Positions 1 to 12,810 of a stretch of DNA of 64,000 nucleotides are shown here, one piece after another. How positions within the stretch are numbered: the stretch's first letter is position 1; every line of letters begins with the position of its first letter. Under the pieces are notes generated by a model. It did not search any database, had not been told where the DNA came from, and saw only the letters and a list, made by a program, of their open reading frames with translations. The stretch lies in the NCBI RefSeq assembly GCF_006345805.1, contig NC_043000.1, positions 45,880,001-45,944,000 of the forward strand. Direction: 5' to 3'. A program made the translations under genes and the position numbers. Source of the stretch: Octopus sinensis (Eukaryota).

Positions 1-114
1 AATGAAAGGCAAAACTGACCTCAGTGGAATTTGAATTCAGAACATAAAGGGGGGCAAAAAGCAACTGAGTATTTTGTCCAGTGTACTAACAGTTCTACCA
101 GCTCACGACCTTCT
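1..114 (-). mobile_element. tRNA-derived SINE family B (head GGCGGCGAGCTGGCAGAA-like), partial
   Basis: Reverse complement matches the window copies at 1801-1998, 19565-19762 and 53390-53558 (GAAAGGCAAA..GACCT..GGAATTTGAA). Confidence 0.7.
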
Positions 115-138
115 TAATAATAATAATAATAATAATAA

Positions 139-213
<75 letters not shown>

Positions 214-243
214 TGACAATGATGATGATGATGATGATGATAA
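115..243. repeat. Compound trinucleotide microsatellite (TAA)n-(TAG)n-(CAG)n-(GAT)n
   Basis: Read directly from the sequence. Confidence 0.95.
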
Positions 244-246
244 TTT

Positions 247-1107
247 TGATCAAAATCTACACACCAATGGCTAAAAGAGACAAGTCTGAAAGGGGAAACA
301 GAAGGTTTTGTTATTGCTGTGCAAGATCAAAGCTTACCTACCAGAAACTACCATGCAAACGTCCTTAGAGATGGATCTGACCCCTCGTGCAGAATTTGCA
401 AAAAATTCACAAAGATAATTGATCATGTTGTTTCTGGCTGCCCAGTCCTCGCTAAACGGGAGTAACTCATAAGACATGACAGACTAGGGCAGTACATCCC
501 ATGGAATGCTTGTAACTACTACGAAATTAAATCCCATGGTAAGTGGTACAGGCACCATCTAGAGGATGTAGTAAATGGCGAGGGTGTCACCATCCTTTGG
601 CACTTCCCGACACAGACAGACAGAAAATTTTACTCCAGTCTACTAGACAGTGTGATCAAGGACTACAACAGAGGAATTTGTCTGCTAATAGATATGTCTG
701 TCCCACAAAATCAAAATGTCTCAAGAAAGAAATACGCAAAGATTTCTCACCATAAAGATCTGCAAAATGAAATTACAAAAATGTGGAAGCTTAGTACTAC
801 GATAATACCAGTAGTAATTGGTGCGTTGGGAATAAATAAAGAAGGGAGCTGAGAAGTATATTAAGCAACTCCCTGGTGACTCCAATCTCTATGAACTACA
901 AAAGATAACCTTGATGGGCGCAACCCTTATACTACAGAAAGCACGCTCCATCTAAAATGGAATAAATGTGGTGATAATTTTAGTATGTATAACAAAACAA
1001 AAGTACACTTGCTACTCTTGGCCTCCAGAGGATGCCCAGTAGCTGAAATAAAGTTATAATGAACAGAAGCCATAAATGATGATGATGATAATGATGATGA
1101 TGATGAT
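247..1107 (+). mobile_element. 5'-truncated R4/Dong-clade non-LTR retrotransposon (CCHC knuckle + REL endonuclease), decayed, (GAT)n tail
   Basis: Translation across frameshifts: QWLKETSLKGE..GFVIAVQDQSLPTRNY..CRICKKFTKIIDHVVSGC..ICLLIDMSVP..KMWKL..PVVIGALG..LQKITLMGAT; stop at 953-955. Confidence 0.85.
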
Positions 1108-1120
1108 TTTCTTAAACATA

Positions 1121-1528
1121 GGCACATGAGTGGCTGTGTGGTAAGAAGCTTGCTTACCAACCACATGGTTCTGGGTTTAGTCCCATTGCGTGGCACCTCG
1201 GGCCAGTGTCTTCTACTATAGCCTCAGGCCGACCAAAGCTTTGTAAGTGGATTTGGTAGATGGAAACTGAAAGAAGCCTGTTGTGTGTGTATATGTGTGT
1301 GTGTGTGTATATATGTATGTGTGTTTGTTATTTGTGTCTGTGTTTGTCCCCCCACCATCACTTGACAACCGATGTTGGTGTGCTTACATCCCTGCCACTT
1401 AGCAGTTTGGCAAAAGAAACCAATAGAATAAGTACTAGGCTTACAAAGAATAAGTCCTGGGGTCGATTTGTTCAAATGAAGGTGGTGCTCCAGCATGGCC
1501 ACAGTCAAATGACTGAAATAAGTCAAAA
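1121..1528 (+). mobile_element. tRNA-derived SINE family A (GGCGCAGGAGTGGCTGTGTGGTAAG head, internal (TG)n/(TA)n)
   Basis: A-box/B-box-like head (TGGCTGTGTGG; GGGTTTAGTCCC); more than 8 homologous copies in the window. Confidence 0.9.
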
Positions 1529-1728
1529 ACGAATTCCCTAGAACAAATTTTCTTCTGTTTTCTTAAAGTGTTTTCTTAAACATTCTCTAGAACAATACTA
1601 TCTGCAAAACCAAATATATGACACCCTAGGCATAACATCAACTTGAACTTCTAACTTGTTGTCTCTTGAGGTTTCTGGGTGAGACTTGGAGTCAACTTGT
1701 ACAAATACAAAGCAAAGTCAAACATATA

Positions 1729-1749
1729 ATAATAATAATAATAATGATG

Positions 1750-1790
<41 letters not shown>

Positions 1791-1800
1791 AATAATAATA
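1729..1800. repeat. (AAT)n/(GAT)n microsatellite
   Basis: Read directly. Confidence 0.9.
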
Positions 1801-1998
1801 AGGGTTTCAAATTTTGGCATAAAGCCAGCAATTTTCAGGGAAGGTGGTAAGTTAATTACATCAGCCCCAGTGCTCAACTGGTAAGAATGAAAGGCAAAGT
1901 TGACCTTATTGGAATATGAACTCAGAATGTAAAGACAGATGAAATGCCATGGAGCATTTTACCCAGCTCACTAACAATTCTGCCAGCTCACCACCTTA
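1801..1998 (-). mobile_element. SINE family B
   Basis: Homologous to 19565-19762 in reverse orientation. Confidence 0.8.
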
Positions 1999-3670
1999 AC
2001 AACAACAACAACAACAACAACTACAATGCAGTTTTTTATGTTATTTTAAAGATTGATGAATTGTTAAAAACAAGTGCTGAACAAAATATCTTGTCTAATT
2101 TAGTTTAAGACTCTTTAAATTCTTTGCTTAAATGTTATGGATTTCAGCTTGACCTTTATTTCTTCTGGGATGATAAAATCAAGGGCCAGTCAAGAACTGG
2201 AGCCGATAGTACCAATGTTAGAAATCATTATTGCATAGTCAATTTATAGTTCAGTAAATTATATTTTTAACGATCAAATGAAAAAGTGCCTAACTAATCA
2301 ATAATTTAAAGAAAGACCAACTCAAAGTGCATGAAATAGCAGCAGAATTCTCTCAAATCACACGCTGCCATCTTAAGAGTTTAAAACATGTTAGACAAAT
2401 TAGTCTTAAATATATAAAAAGATGCTTGACCGTTAATGGAATGCCCTTCATCACAGGCTTATTCTAACATGACCTGACTGAGGTCAAACTACAGTAACAG
2501 TTTACAGAATTATTGTACCATATATATCAATGTGTGTATTAGTTGATTCATTGCTTGAGGATTACTTACAAACTCAAATTCATATCTGGCTCAGGATAAA
2601 TTAGTTTACATTAGATATCTAACAACTTATAACAATGTTAACAGACAGTCAAATAGCTGCTGGGAATATCATGACAAATATTTACACATACTGAGCTGAA
2701 TAAGGAAATATTTTAAAGAAGCAATAGGTGGAAAAACATGACTAAATTTTCAGCTGTAATAATTGATATCAATATTTTATTACTATGAGGTGATTATTTA
2801 TTTATTTTTTCTTTTGGTTCTTATTATAACAGAGAAACAGTCTCTGTGGAGGTTAGCGTTTACTATTAATACTTTTGCCTTCTGATTTCTGCAGACAAGT
2901 ATTTCAGAACTGAGTAACAATGGTGATTGCTATATTGGTTAGATTGATAATGAAAGACAAAAAGCACAAGTTCATTAACTAATGGTATATGCTTATCACA
3001 GCTTGGAAGATTTCACAGTCTACCTCCCCTTTTAAAATTATCTTTTCAAAGAAATGTTCATATTAAGGCTGACAGTGTGATTAAGATGTTTGATTTATGA
3101 TTATATGGTTTTTAGGTTCAATCTGACTGCTCTGTAACTTGCACGTGTGTCTTCTACTATTATCTCAAGCCAAACAATGGTATGCAAATGAATTTGTCCC
3201 TTTCAAGCTTTCCCCACATCTTACCTTTCCCTTTCTCACTCTTTTAACAACTACACTGTTCAATCAGTTGGTGTAACTATATAAGAGCAGAACTGCACAC
3301 ATTTCATCCCCTTTTGCACTACCAGTTATTCTATTCCTTAGAACCAACCACTCCCTCTATTACCCATCCCTCATTCTCAATATCACACATTCCCACCATA
3401 TTTCCACAGAACACTCCTTTATTCTTAAGACTTCTATACCTCATCCACAACACTCTCTAATAACTGCCATCACTCAACATGAGGGGGTGTTGCCATTCAT
3501 AAACTCACCTTTGTTTTGTCAGTCACTATATCCACCCTACATAACTCTGACCTCCATCAAAGGCATCATGCATACGTTTCCCACTCCTTCCACTCTTTAC
3601 ATCTCTCTATATCTCATCTACTTATATGTTTATATAATGCTGTTCTACACCCTTTCTGCACTATCTAACA

Positions 3671-5460
3671 ATAGCATGGATAGATTATAGGAAAGCCTAT
3701 GACATGATCTCACTCTCATGGATAAGTGAATGTTTGAGTATATTCAGTATAGCAGACAACATAAGAGAATTAATTAGCTCTAGCATGAAGAACTCAGGTG
3801 ACACACTCTTAGGGACAGTTATTATCAAGAGAAATTTTCCAGGGTGACTTGTTGTCCCCTTTAATAGCTGTCTTATGTTTGATCCCCATCAGTATAGTAT
3901 TAAGGAAGGCAAAGGCAGGATATCAGTTCAGAAATAGTAAAGGAAAAAATTAACCATTTGCTCTACATGGATGACCTGAAACATTTTTAGCAAGAATAAA
4001 AAAGAAATAGATTCCTTAATACAGACTAATACTCTTCAGCAAAAATATAGGGATAGAATTTGGCAGAGATAAGTGTGCAATATTAGTCATGAGAAGGGGA
4101 CAGGTAGTCAAGGGTGAAGGCATCCAATTACCAGAGGGTCAGATATTAAAATCATTGAAAGGAGGGGAGAATTATAAGTATCTAGGGGTAGTAGAATCTT
4201 AACGTGTACTAACTACAGAAATAAAAACGAAAATTGAGGGTGAGGAAGCCAATGAAGTCAAAACTAAATGCTTTGAACCTAGTGAAGTCTGTAAATACTG
4301 TAAATATCATTACTTAGATACTCATCAGCTTCTGTAGATTGGACAAAAACTGAATTAGCAAAGCAAGAACTAGCAAGGAATTCAATATGAATGGAGGATT
4401 CCACCCAAGGACAGGAGTAGGTGTACCTACCTAGAAAGGAAGGCAGAAGAGAGTTAACATCTGTAGAAGACTGCATGGTGTTAGCTAGAGAAGATATAGA
4501 GTCCTACATAGTTAAATAGTGAAGAAAGTTTATTAAAATCTGCTGTAGTCACAGCAAGTCACTGGGAAACCAAAAGCCCAAACGAAGTTAAAAATAAAAT
4601 AAAGAACAGAAATTATCTGACTGACAGGAGGAGGTGTTGCATGATAGATTCCTAGAGATATTTGCGGCAAATAGTAGTTATGAGACAAAGTTATGGTTGC
4701 ATAGAGGAAAGCTGAAGAGAGAGACACAAAGTTTGTTAGAAGCTGCATAAAATCAAGCATTAAGGACTAATTGGATAAAACCCAATATAGACAGAAATGA
4801 AGTAGATTCCCAAAGTAGATTATGCAAATCAATAATGGAAAGCTTTACTCATACAGTGAGTGAATGTAGCATGCTGATGCAGAAAGAATACAAGAAAAGA
4901 CATGACAGTCTAGGTAGAGTATCCGCTGGGAGCTATGTAGAAAGCTAGGGTTTGACCATACTGATAAATGGTATGAACATGAACCTAGTAAAGTACTAGA
5001 AAGTAAGAAATACAAGATGTTGTGGGGCTTTAACATTCAGACTGACAGTAACAAAAGCTTGAGGGCCTGATTTGGTAGTAGAAGATAAAGAGGATAGAAA
5101 GTGCCAGATAATTGACTTTACAGTCCCAAATGATGGAAAAATTAATATGTGAGGTATAGAAAAAATAGCAAAGCACCAGGACCTAGCTATTGAATTATAG
5201 GATCCATGGAAAGTGCTGGTTAAATGTATCCCAGTTATATATGCATTGGGAATTATCCTTAAAGATTTGAACAGATGGATAGAAGAAGTAGGCATAAAAC
5301 CCAATTTAGTACAACTCCAGTAAACAATGTTATTAGAGACAACTAAGATACTTGAGAGTATTCTTGGCAGCTAAGGTTACTTGATGTAACCCAGTAGGAG
5401 GGTTCTTGGCATGTAAGTCTACTTATAGTCTGATGTTAGGATTCTTTTCTTTCCCAATAT
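3671..5460 (+). mobile_element. 5'-truncated R4/Dong-clade LINE (RT + REL endonuclease), decayed; a different subfamily from 247-1107
   Basis: IAWIDYRKAYDMI (3671), LYMDDLK (3961-3981), KYLGVVE, RPDLVVEDKEDRKCQIIDFTVPND (~5063-5134); several stops and frameshifts. Confidence 0.9.
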
Positions 5461-5500
5461 TCTAATCTGTTGAATGGATATGGAAATAATAATAATGATA

Positions 5501-5865
5501 ACAAGAGCACTCAGAGAGCACAAACCTCTGCCAAAGCAACCCCAACGTACTCTCAACGGTTAGCAGAGATGACTTTTAAAATGCAAATATCTGAAATAAA
5601 CACGTCTGCTTTCACAAAGGTGAATATTAAAAAAGAACCCAACTGCTTTCAAGAATTAAATAAAAAAAAAGGAAAAAATAATCTAGAATCCTTGTCCGGC
5701 ACCAGATTGATCCCAAAATCTAATACATTCATACCAGTCGCAAGGCAAAACATCCCAGAAAGCTTCATCCAAATCCATCTGGCGATTCTTGAGATATCTT
5801 GCCCGCAAACAAACAAACAAACACAATTGTAAACAATATCTCCACCTTAGCGAAGGCGGAGGTAA
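5501..5865 (+). mobile_element. Non-autonomous Helentron/DINE-like rolling-circle element
   Basis: Subterminal inverted repeats ACCTCTGCC (5524-5532) and GGCGGAGGT (5855-5863); 3' hairpin CTCCACCTT-AGCG-AAGGCGGAG; internal (AAAC)n. Confidence 0.55.
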
Positions 5866-6090
5866 TAATCGTATAAAACACTACAACAGAAATAAACCAC
5901 AGAAATGAGCCTAAAATATGCATTAGGGTAACTGGACAAGCATTTGACTATCGGTTTTCTAAGCATGAACATTCATTTGTCAAGAGAACTTTCTGTTTAA
6001 AACCACAATTTTATGCATATATGTAATAATGCTATGCATGCATTTGTGTATGTATGCATTAGTGTATTCTTCTATTGCTGTCTTTCCATA

Positions 6091-6253
6091 GGTGCAGGAG
6101 TGGCTGTGTAGTAAGTAGTTTGCTTACCAACCACACGGTTCCGGGTTCAGTCCCACCGCGTGGCACCTTGGGCAAGTGTCTTCTACTATAGCCTCGGACC
6201 GACCAAAGCCTTGTGAGTGGATTTGGTAGACGGAAACTGAAAGAAGCCCGTCG

Positions 6254-6286
<33 letters not shown>

Positions 6287-6505
6287 GTGTGTGTGTGTTT
6301 GTGTGTCTGTCTCCGCAACATCACTTGACAACCGATGCCGGTGTGTTTATGTCCCTGTTACTTAGTGGTTCGGCAAAAGAGACTGATAGAATAAGTACTA
6401 GGCTTACAAAGAATAAGTACTGGGGTTGATTTGCTCGACTAAAAGGCAGTGCTCCAGCATGGCCGCAGTCAAATGACTGAAACAAGTAAAAGAGAGAAAA
6501 GAGAG
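6091..6505 (+). mobile_element. SINE family A, full length
   Basis: High similarity to the other family A copies; (AAAAGAG) tail. Confidence 0.9.
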
Positions 6506-6719
6506 ATGCTTTTATCTGCCTTTCACCCTACACACACACAAACACACATATATGCTCATATAGCTATATGAAAATACTGGCTTGCATTTAGTTTTGCTTT
6601 GTTCAGCCACTTTGCAACTTTTAGCTGTCATTATATATTCTTGAAATTAGTTCGGCTGCAAAAATCTCCAAAAAAACTTAGTAAATATTTTGATTCACTA
6701 AATCTTAGTCTAGGAGCCA

Positions 6720-6960
6720 TTTACCATCGACATATATTCTTATCTCCAGAAAACATTGCCTTATAGTCACATGACTAGTCAACCATTCCCCCTCTCCACT
6801 CCTTACCACCAAAACAATAATTTGCTGCCCTCCAACTTCTAAGCTGCATCCTTCAATGAACTCCTGAACCTCTCTTTTGGAGTATTTAACAAAAACAATA
6901 GCCACACAACCACAGAGTTGCTAGCCTCTGACCAACACTTGTAATCAAGCCTTGAAACAT
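6720..6960 (+). mobile_element. Possible Penelope-like RT N-terminal relic
   Basis: TSLLEYLTKTIATQP..NQALKHI resembles the PLE pre-RT linker; weak recall-based similarity. Confidence 0.3.
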
Positions 6961-7383
6961 ATTTCCTCTTTCACTTTTTTCTCTCTTTATTTCTCCCTCC
7001 TTCTCCATTCCTCCACTCTCTCTCTCTTTCTTTGAGGCAACAAACAGACACACATGCAGTTGCATACACACACACTGTTGCTAGAATGTATTAGTTTCCA
7101 TTGTTTGAAACCTTTGCTTTTTAATTAATTTCTCTCGTAATCATTCTATATAAACTCAACTCTTGTTTTCCAATGCTTTGGAATTTGACTTTCCTGTTTG
7201 TATCTCTGTCAATCCATTGTGGCTGATTTTATCTGTTAATGAAAACAAAAGAAATTACTAATCTACAACATAACATATTTTTCCTTTTCATCAACAATAT
7301 ATTGTAAGAAACTGTTATATATATATATTCACATATATATGTGTATGTATACATTTCTATGCATATATATATGTGTGTGTGTT

Positions 7384-7416
<33 letters not shown>

Positions 7417-7417
7417 A

Positions 7418-7633
7418 CAAGGGGATGCCAAAAAGTTTTTGGCTTTAAAGGTATGGCAAAAAACCAGGTTGGAGGCTCAACCTTCCAAGTTCTTTAAATG
7501 ACTCAGAGAAGCTGAAAGACTGCTGCAATAAGCGTGTGAATATGAAAGGGGAATATAATGTATAAAATCATAGTTAACTGATCCTCTTGTATTTTCTTTT
7601 ACCCAAAGCTTGGAATTTTTCAGCATCCCCTTG
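7418..7633. mobile_element. Mariner-derived MITE
   Basis: TIRs CAAGGGGATGC..AAAA / TTTT..GCATCCCCTTG; TA on both flanks (7416-7417, 7634-7635). Confidence 0.85.
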
Positions 7634-7699
7634 TACATATTTATGCAAACAAGGATACTTACCTAACCTGAGTGTTTGTGTTGAGAAGTTTAAAAGTCT

Positions 7700-8290
7700 G
7701 TTACTCACAAAAATGAAAAAAGAATTCAGAAAAATGAAACTTGGTATGTTTATTTAACAAAAAGCAGGAGAAAATATTACTCAAAACGCCTTGCATTAAC
7801 AGTTATAACTCTAAATACAGATGTGGAAGTGTAAACATGCTTTCTTTGTATTAGCTACATTGATAAACCTGAGTGCCTTCTGAATTACGTGAATGTAGTG
7901 ATGCTGGTAAATCTGTGTTGTGTCAGACCTGTCTTCAAAGTGGACCCACATTCAAAAGTTACATGAATTTTCAGTTGGTGAGCTAGAAGTCCAAGATTCT
8001 TTGTAGACAAACAAGGAAATAATCCTGCATTTACTTTGGCTGATATGTTGGTGCAGAGACTTGGGTGACAATTACATCATTTAGATAATAATGCTTAGCA
8101 ATCCACAACATCATGACTTTATCAAGAATGTTCAAATACTCCATGATGACCTATTTCAATGATGCACTGGCTCCAGGCATCTTAAGGGAGGTGGTGATTT
8201 TGCTTTTATTTAACAGCAGGAACTCTTAAAGGTTCAAAATCTAAAACCCTGAAGTTGTGACATTTTGACGACTTGGTAAACTACAAATTT
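7700..8290 (-). mobile_element. Highly decayed maT (DD37D-type) Tc1/mariner transposase 3' part
   Basis: Minus-strand remnants MEYLNILDKVMMLWI, TQVSAPT and SWTSSSPTENSCNF*MWVHFE align with the maT motifs YIEVLETVVKPW, QQDSAP and WPPSSPDLNPLDYYVW. Confidence 0.5.
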
Positions 8291-8547
8291 CTTTTGGCTA
8301 AAAACAAGAAAATTGCTGCAAAACTGCATGTTGTATAACTCGTTTAACATGGGCCTTGTGTTTTTATTCTTCTCTTCCATTTTGCAAATCCAGTGTACAC
8401 ATGCACATTACATGTTTGTACTTCTCTTACTGGTCCCTACTCAAAACTGTTTATAGATCACAACCATCTCATGAATCTTCAGCTGTGTGGAGCACTTCAC
8501 ACTCCGATAGTTGTGAAATAAGATTCTCATTTTATTTCTCACATATA

Positions 8548-8902
8548 GGCGCAGGAGTGGCTGTGTGGTAAGTAGCTTGCTAACCAACCACATGGTTGTA
8601 GGTTCAGTCCCACTGCATGGCATCTTGGGCAAGTGTCTTCTGCTATAGCCCCGGGCTGACCAATGCCTTGTGAGTGGATTTGGTAGACAGAAACTGAAAG
8701 AAGCCTGTCGTATATATGTATATATATATATGTATTTATGTGTGTGTATATGTTTGTGTGTCTGTGTTTGTCCCCCTAGTATTGCTTGACAACCGATGCT
8801 GGTGTGTTTACGTCCCCGTCACTTAGCGGTTCGGCAAAAGAGACCGATAGAATAAGTACTGGGCTTACAAAGAATAAGTCCCGGGGTCGATTTGCCCGAC
8901 TA
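8548..8902 (+). mobile_element. SINE family A, 3'-truncated
   Basis: Head GGCGCAGGAGTGGCTGTGTGG; homology with the other copies. Confidence 0.9.
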
Positions 8903-8969
8903 AATTTCCTATATATGTAGATAATGTCTTTCACTATTGGATTGCTTTATAGAGGTTATTTCTCTTAAT

Positions 8970-9005
<36 letters not shown>

Positions 9006-9010
9006 TATAT

Positions 9011-9600
9011 AACTATATCATCATCATCATCTAGCAACTAAGCTCCATGTCGGCATATGCATAGTTTCTCCAGCTGGATGCCCTTCCTAAAATCAACCAC
9101 TTTAGAGTGTGAACTGGTGCTATTTTCATTTCCTCTATACATACATGTGTGTGTATGTGTGTGTATGCATACACACATACACTCACACATGTATAGATAT
9201 TTTTATGTGCTGGTAGCACGTAAAAAGCATGCACTACACTCTTGGAGTGGTTGGCATTAGGAAGGGCATCCAGCTATAGAAACTTTGCCAGATCAGATCA
9301 GAGCCTGGTGCCACCTTCTGGCTTGCCAACCCTCAGTCAAACCGTCCATCCAACCCATGCCAGCATGGAAAGTGGACGTTAAATGACAATGATAATGATG
9401 TTGATATATATGAATATATATGTGTTTTGTTTTACAAACAAACAAAAGAAAGGTGTACTCAATATTCATTGCAGAATGTTTTTATTTCTGTAATGCAGGT
9501 GATTCACTCCATTCGCATTTTTCCTTAGTGCTTGTACAAATGAATCTAGCAGGAAACTCAGCAGTGATGGATTGAATTACCAACATCAAACAAGTATATA

Positions 9601-9636
<36 letters not shown>

Positions 9637-10252
9637 TATATATAATATATATATATATATATAACTATATCATCATCATCATCTAGCAACTAAGCTCCAT
9701 GTCGGCATATGCATAGTTTCTCCAGCTGGATGCCCTTCCTAAAATCAACCACTTTAGAGTGTGAACTGGTGCTATTTTCATTTCCTCTATACATACATGT
9801 GTGTGTATGTGTGTGTATGCATACACACATACACTCACACATGTATAGATATTTTTATGTGCTGGTAGCACGTAAAAAGCATGCACTACACTCTTGGAGT
9901 GGTTGGCATTAGGAAGGGCATCCAGCTATAGAAACTTTGCCAGATCAGATCAGAGCCTGGTGCCACCTTCTGGCTTGCCAACCCTCAGTCAAACCGTCCA
10001 TCCAACCCATGCCAGCATGGAAAGTGGACGTTAAATGACAATGATAATGATGTTGATATATATGAATATATATGTGTTTTGTTTTACAAACAAACAAAAG
10101 AAAGGTGTACTCAATATTCATTGCAGAATGTTTTTATTTCTGTAATGCAGGTGATTCACTCCATTCGCATTTTTCCTTAGTGCTTGTACAAATGAATCTA
10201 GCAGGAAACTCAGCAGTGATGGATTGAATTACCAACATCAAACAAGTATATA

Positions 10253-10280
<28 letters not shown>
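9011..10280. repeat. Direct tandem duplication, 652-bp period, containing RTE-tail SINE halves
   Basis: 9011-9595 appears identical by eye to 9663-10247; the ORF track gives identical peptides 652 bp apart. Confidence 0.95.
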
Positions 10281-10288
<8 letters not shown>

Positions 10289-12629
10289 TATATATATGTA
10301 TATATATATGTATATATATATGTATATATACATATATGTATGTATATATATATATATATATATACCTATATATACATACATATGAATATATACATATATG
10401 TATAAATATATGTATGTATATATATATATGTATATGTGTGTCTATATATGTATGTATATATATATATATTAACTGCTTTCAATTACCACTGAATGCTCTT
10501 CCACACACAATGTCTTTGAGGAAGACAGAGAATGACATATAATGGTTAAAAAAAAAACTGTGCAAAAGCAAAAAATTCTTATCGGATAGAAGTAAAACAG
10601 ATGTTTTAAATAAAGACTTTTCAAAGAATTCTAGGAGAAGAAAAACTTTTTTCATTAGTGATGAACTGACAAAAACAGACCTGGAAGACAAACCAAAAGA
10701 CATAAATAAATGAAGGTGTTGGAGTATAGAGCCATGTAGAAACAGAAGTGTGATACCAATATACTGCTCTCCACCAGAAAAGTACCAAGAACGTTTGAGA
10801 AGTATTTCGTACATTTATCTAGATCTAGCACTCTTTTACTTCATTTCATTATATTTTTCATTGTTACAACCTTTTTATCTATTATATCATTACATCTCCA
10901 GTTTTTGTAACAATATGTTTATAGCCGCATCCCAATAGCTACAATACTGTTTATTTAACACATACACACACATGCACACATACACACACGTACACACACA
11001 CACATAAAACAATTCATTTCTATAATGCTCTATACCAATATTTATTTGTAAGACTTGTAACAATGTATATGTATTTACTATGTTTTAGGCCTCCAGCTTT
11101 GTCGTATATTCTATTCATAAAAGAGTGAACACTAGATTAAACAGCTTACTTCACAATATTAAAAGTAAATATATTTTCATATTTTTTATTGCTTGCTGGT
11201 GTTCTTGTTGTTGTGGTGGTGGTAGCAAATTGGCAACATTTAGTTCATATACCAATCAAATTGGGCTTACTTTAGAAACATCTAGCTTATACTGAACATT
11301 GAATTTATCTAGCAATCTACTCTTTATCATGTTTGAGTTTCTCCCAATTGGCCATTTGCAAAATTAAATATATACAACTAATAACTTCCTTGAAAGCATT
11401 TATTTGTGATGGATCTTTTTCTGTACAAATGATTCACAGTGGAAGAGTGGTGCTTAATTCCTGGTGAACTTGTAATGTGAATTCAATTCCTAGTCTGAAC
11501 CACTTCAGTGGTTTTATTTCTCATTCTTACAATTTCTTGCTGTGGTCAGAAACCAAGTTCATATGTTATAAGACTGTGATGGTAAGAGTATAACACACTT
11601 GTAGCAGTGATATGCCAAGAGTTTTAGATGATATACACAAGAGTTTGAGAAAAATATTCCAGCAATATCATGTTATAAAGAACACATTTGTAAAGATCTG
11701 TCTAAAACTGAAATAGATATTATTCTCCCCACACACACTTATTAAACTACTCATTCTCCTGTGCCACTGTCCATATCCCCTCTTGTACCAACCTTCTTAT
11801 ATCCTGAGCTGTTCTGGTATCTCATCACTACCATGATTATCATCTTTCCAGCTTCTCCTACCTACCTTTAAATAATGCAAGGTAGTCTTGTATCACCTCC
11901 ACAGCAAGACACCTAAGCTTGTCTCTCTATCACATTCTAGTGTCTCAACATTGGTCCCAACCATCACCCCATCTCATCACCACCCCATTTAGTCAAGCAG
12001 GTTTTATTTCCTTCTTCTCAGTGCCAGGCTCAATTTCTCCAGCAGGCAAATCACATTCAGCAGACCAGTGATATATCCAGGTTAACATATGTCTGCTTGG
12101 TAACATAAAAACTAGAGGTGAAGATCACCTCGTGATTCTTTGTAGTATGATAAAGGTTTATCTTAGTCAAAAATCCTTCAAAAGGACAGCCTTTGTAAGG
12201 CTGATATAAAAGAATATGAGATTTCCTGTATATAAGAAATGTATAAGAAAAAATGTATTTAATGATATCACATGATCTCTTAAGGGTTTTTAAGTATTTT
12301 CATTTCAATAGTTTGCTGTATCATAAATTTTGTATATTTATTTAAGAATATTTTAAATTTAGCAACATAATGAGTAGGTGACAGATAAGCTGTTTAAAAT
12401 AATGATAATCATGGTTTGTTTAATCAATAAAGTTTCATCAGTTAATTAGATCGTTTTTTAAAAATATATCTAATATAAATTTTCGATATTATAGAAATCC
12501 TTAATGCCAAACAGGCAAGACACATATCAGTTATAAAAAATTTCATTTTCAAAATTGAAATTTTAAACAGAAATAGAGGATGGAAAATAAAGAAAGTAGA
12601 AAAGCTTTGCTAAACTAATAATGAATGTG

Positions 12630-12810
12630 ATATCATTGCAGAGGAGAAGAACATAAATGGAAGAGAAGTATTAAAGAAGGCATGGAAAGAAGCACTGAGA
12701 TTAGATCTCAGGATATCAGACCTCACAGAAGATGTGATGTACATCAAACCTGCCATGCAAGTACTTGCATAAAAAATTTATGGTAAAATTATGATGATGA
12801 TGATGATGGT
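12630..12810 (+). mobile_element. RTE LINE 3' end remnant with (GAT)n tail
   Basis: KKAWKEALRLDLRISDLTEDV resembles the RTE C-terminal GRPRKTW..VK.DL..L.LTE.M motif. Confidence 0.5.

Noticed and set aside
7662-7696. Minus-strand exon-like segment with a GTAAGT donor
   Set aside because: It lies at the terminus of the maT relic and has no supporting homology.
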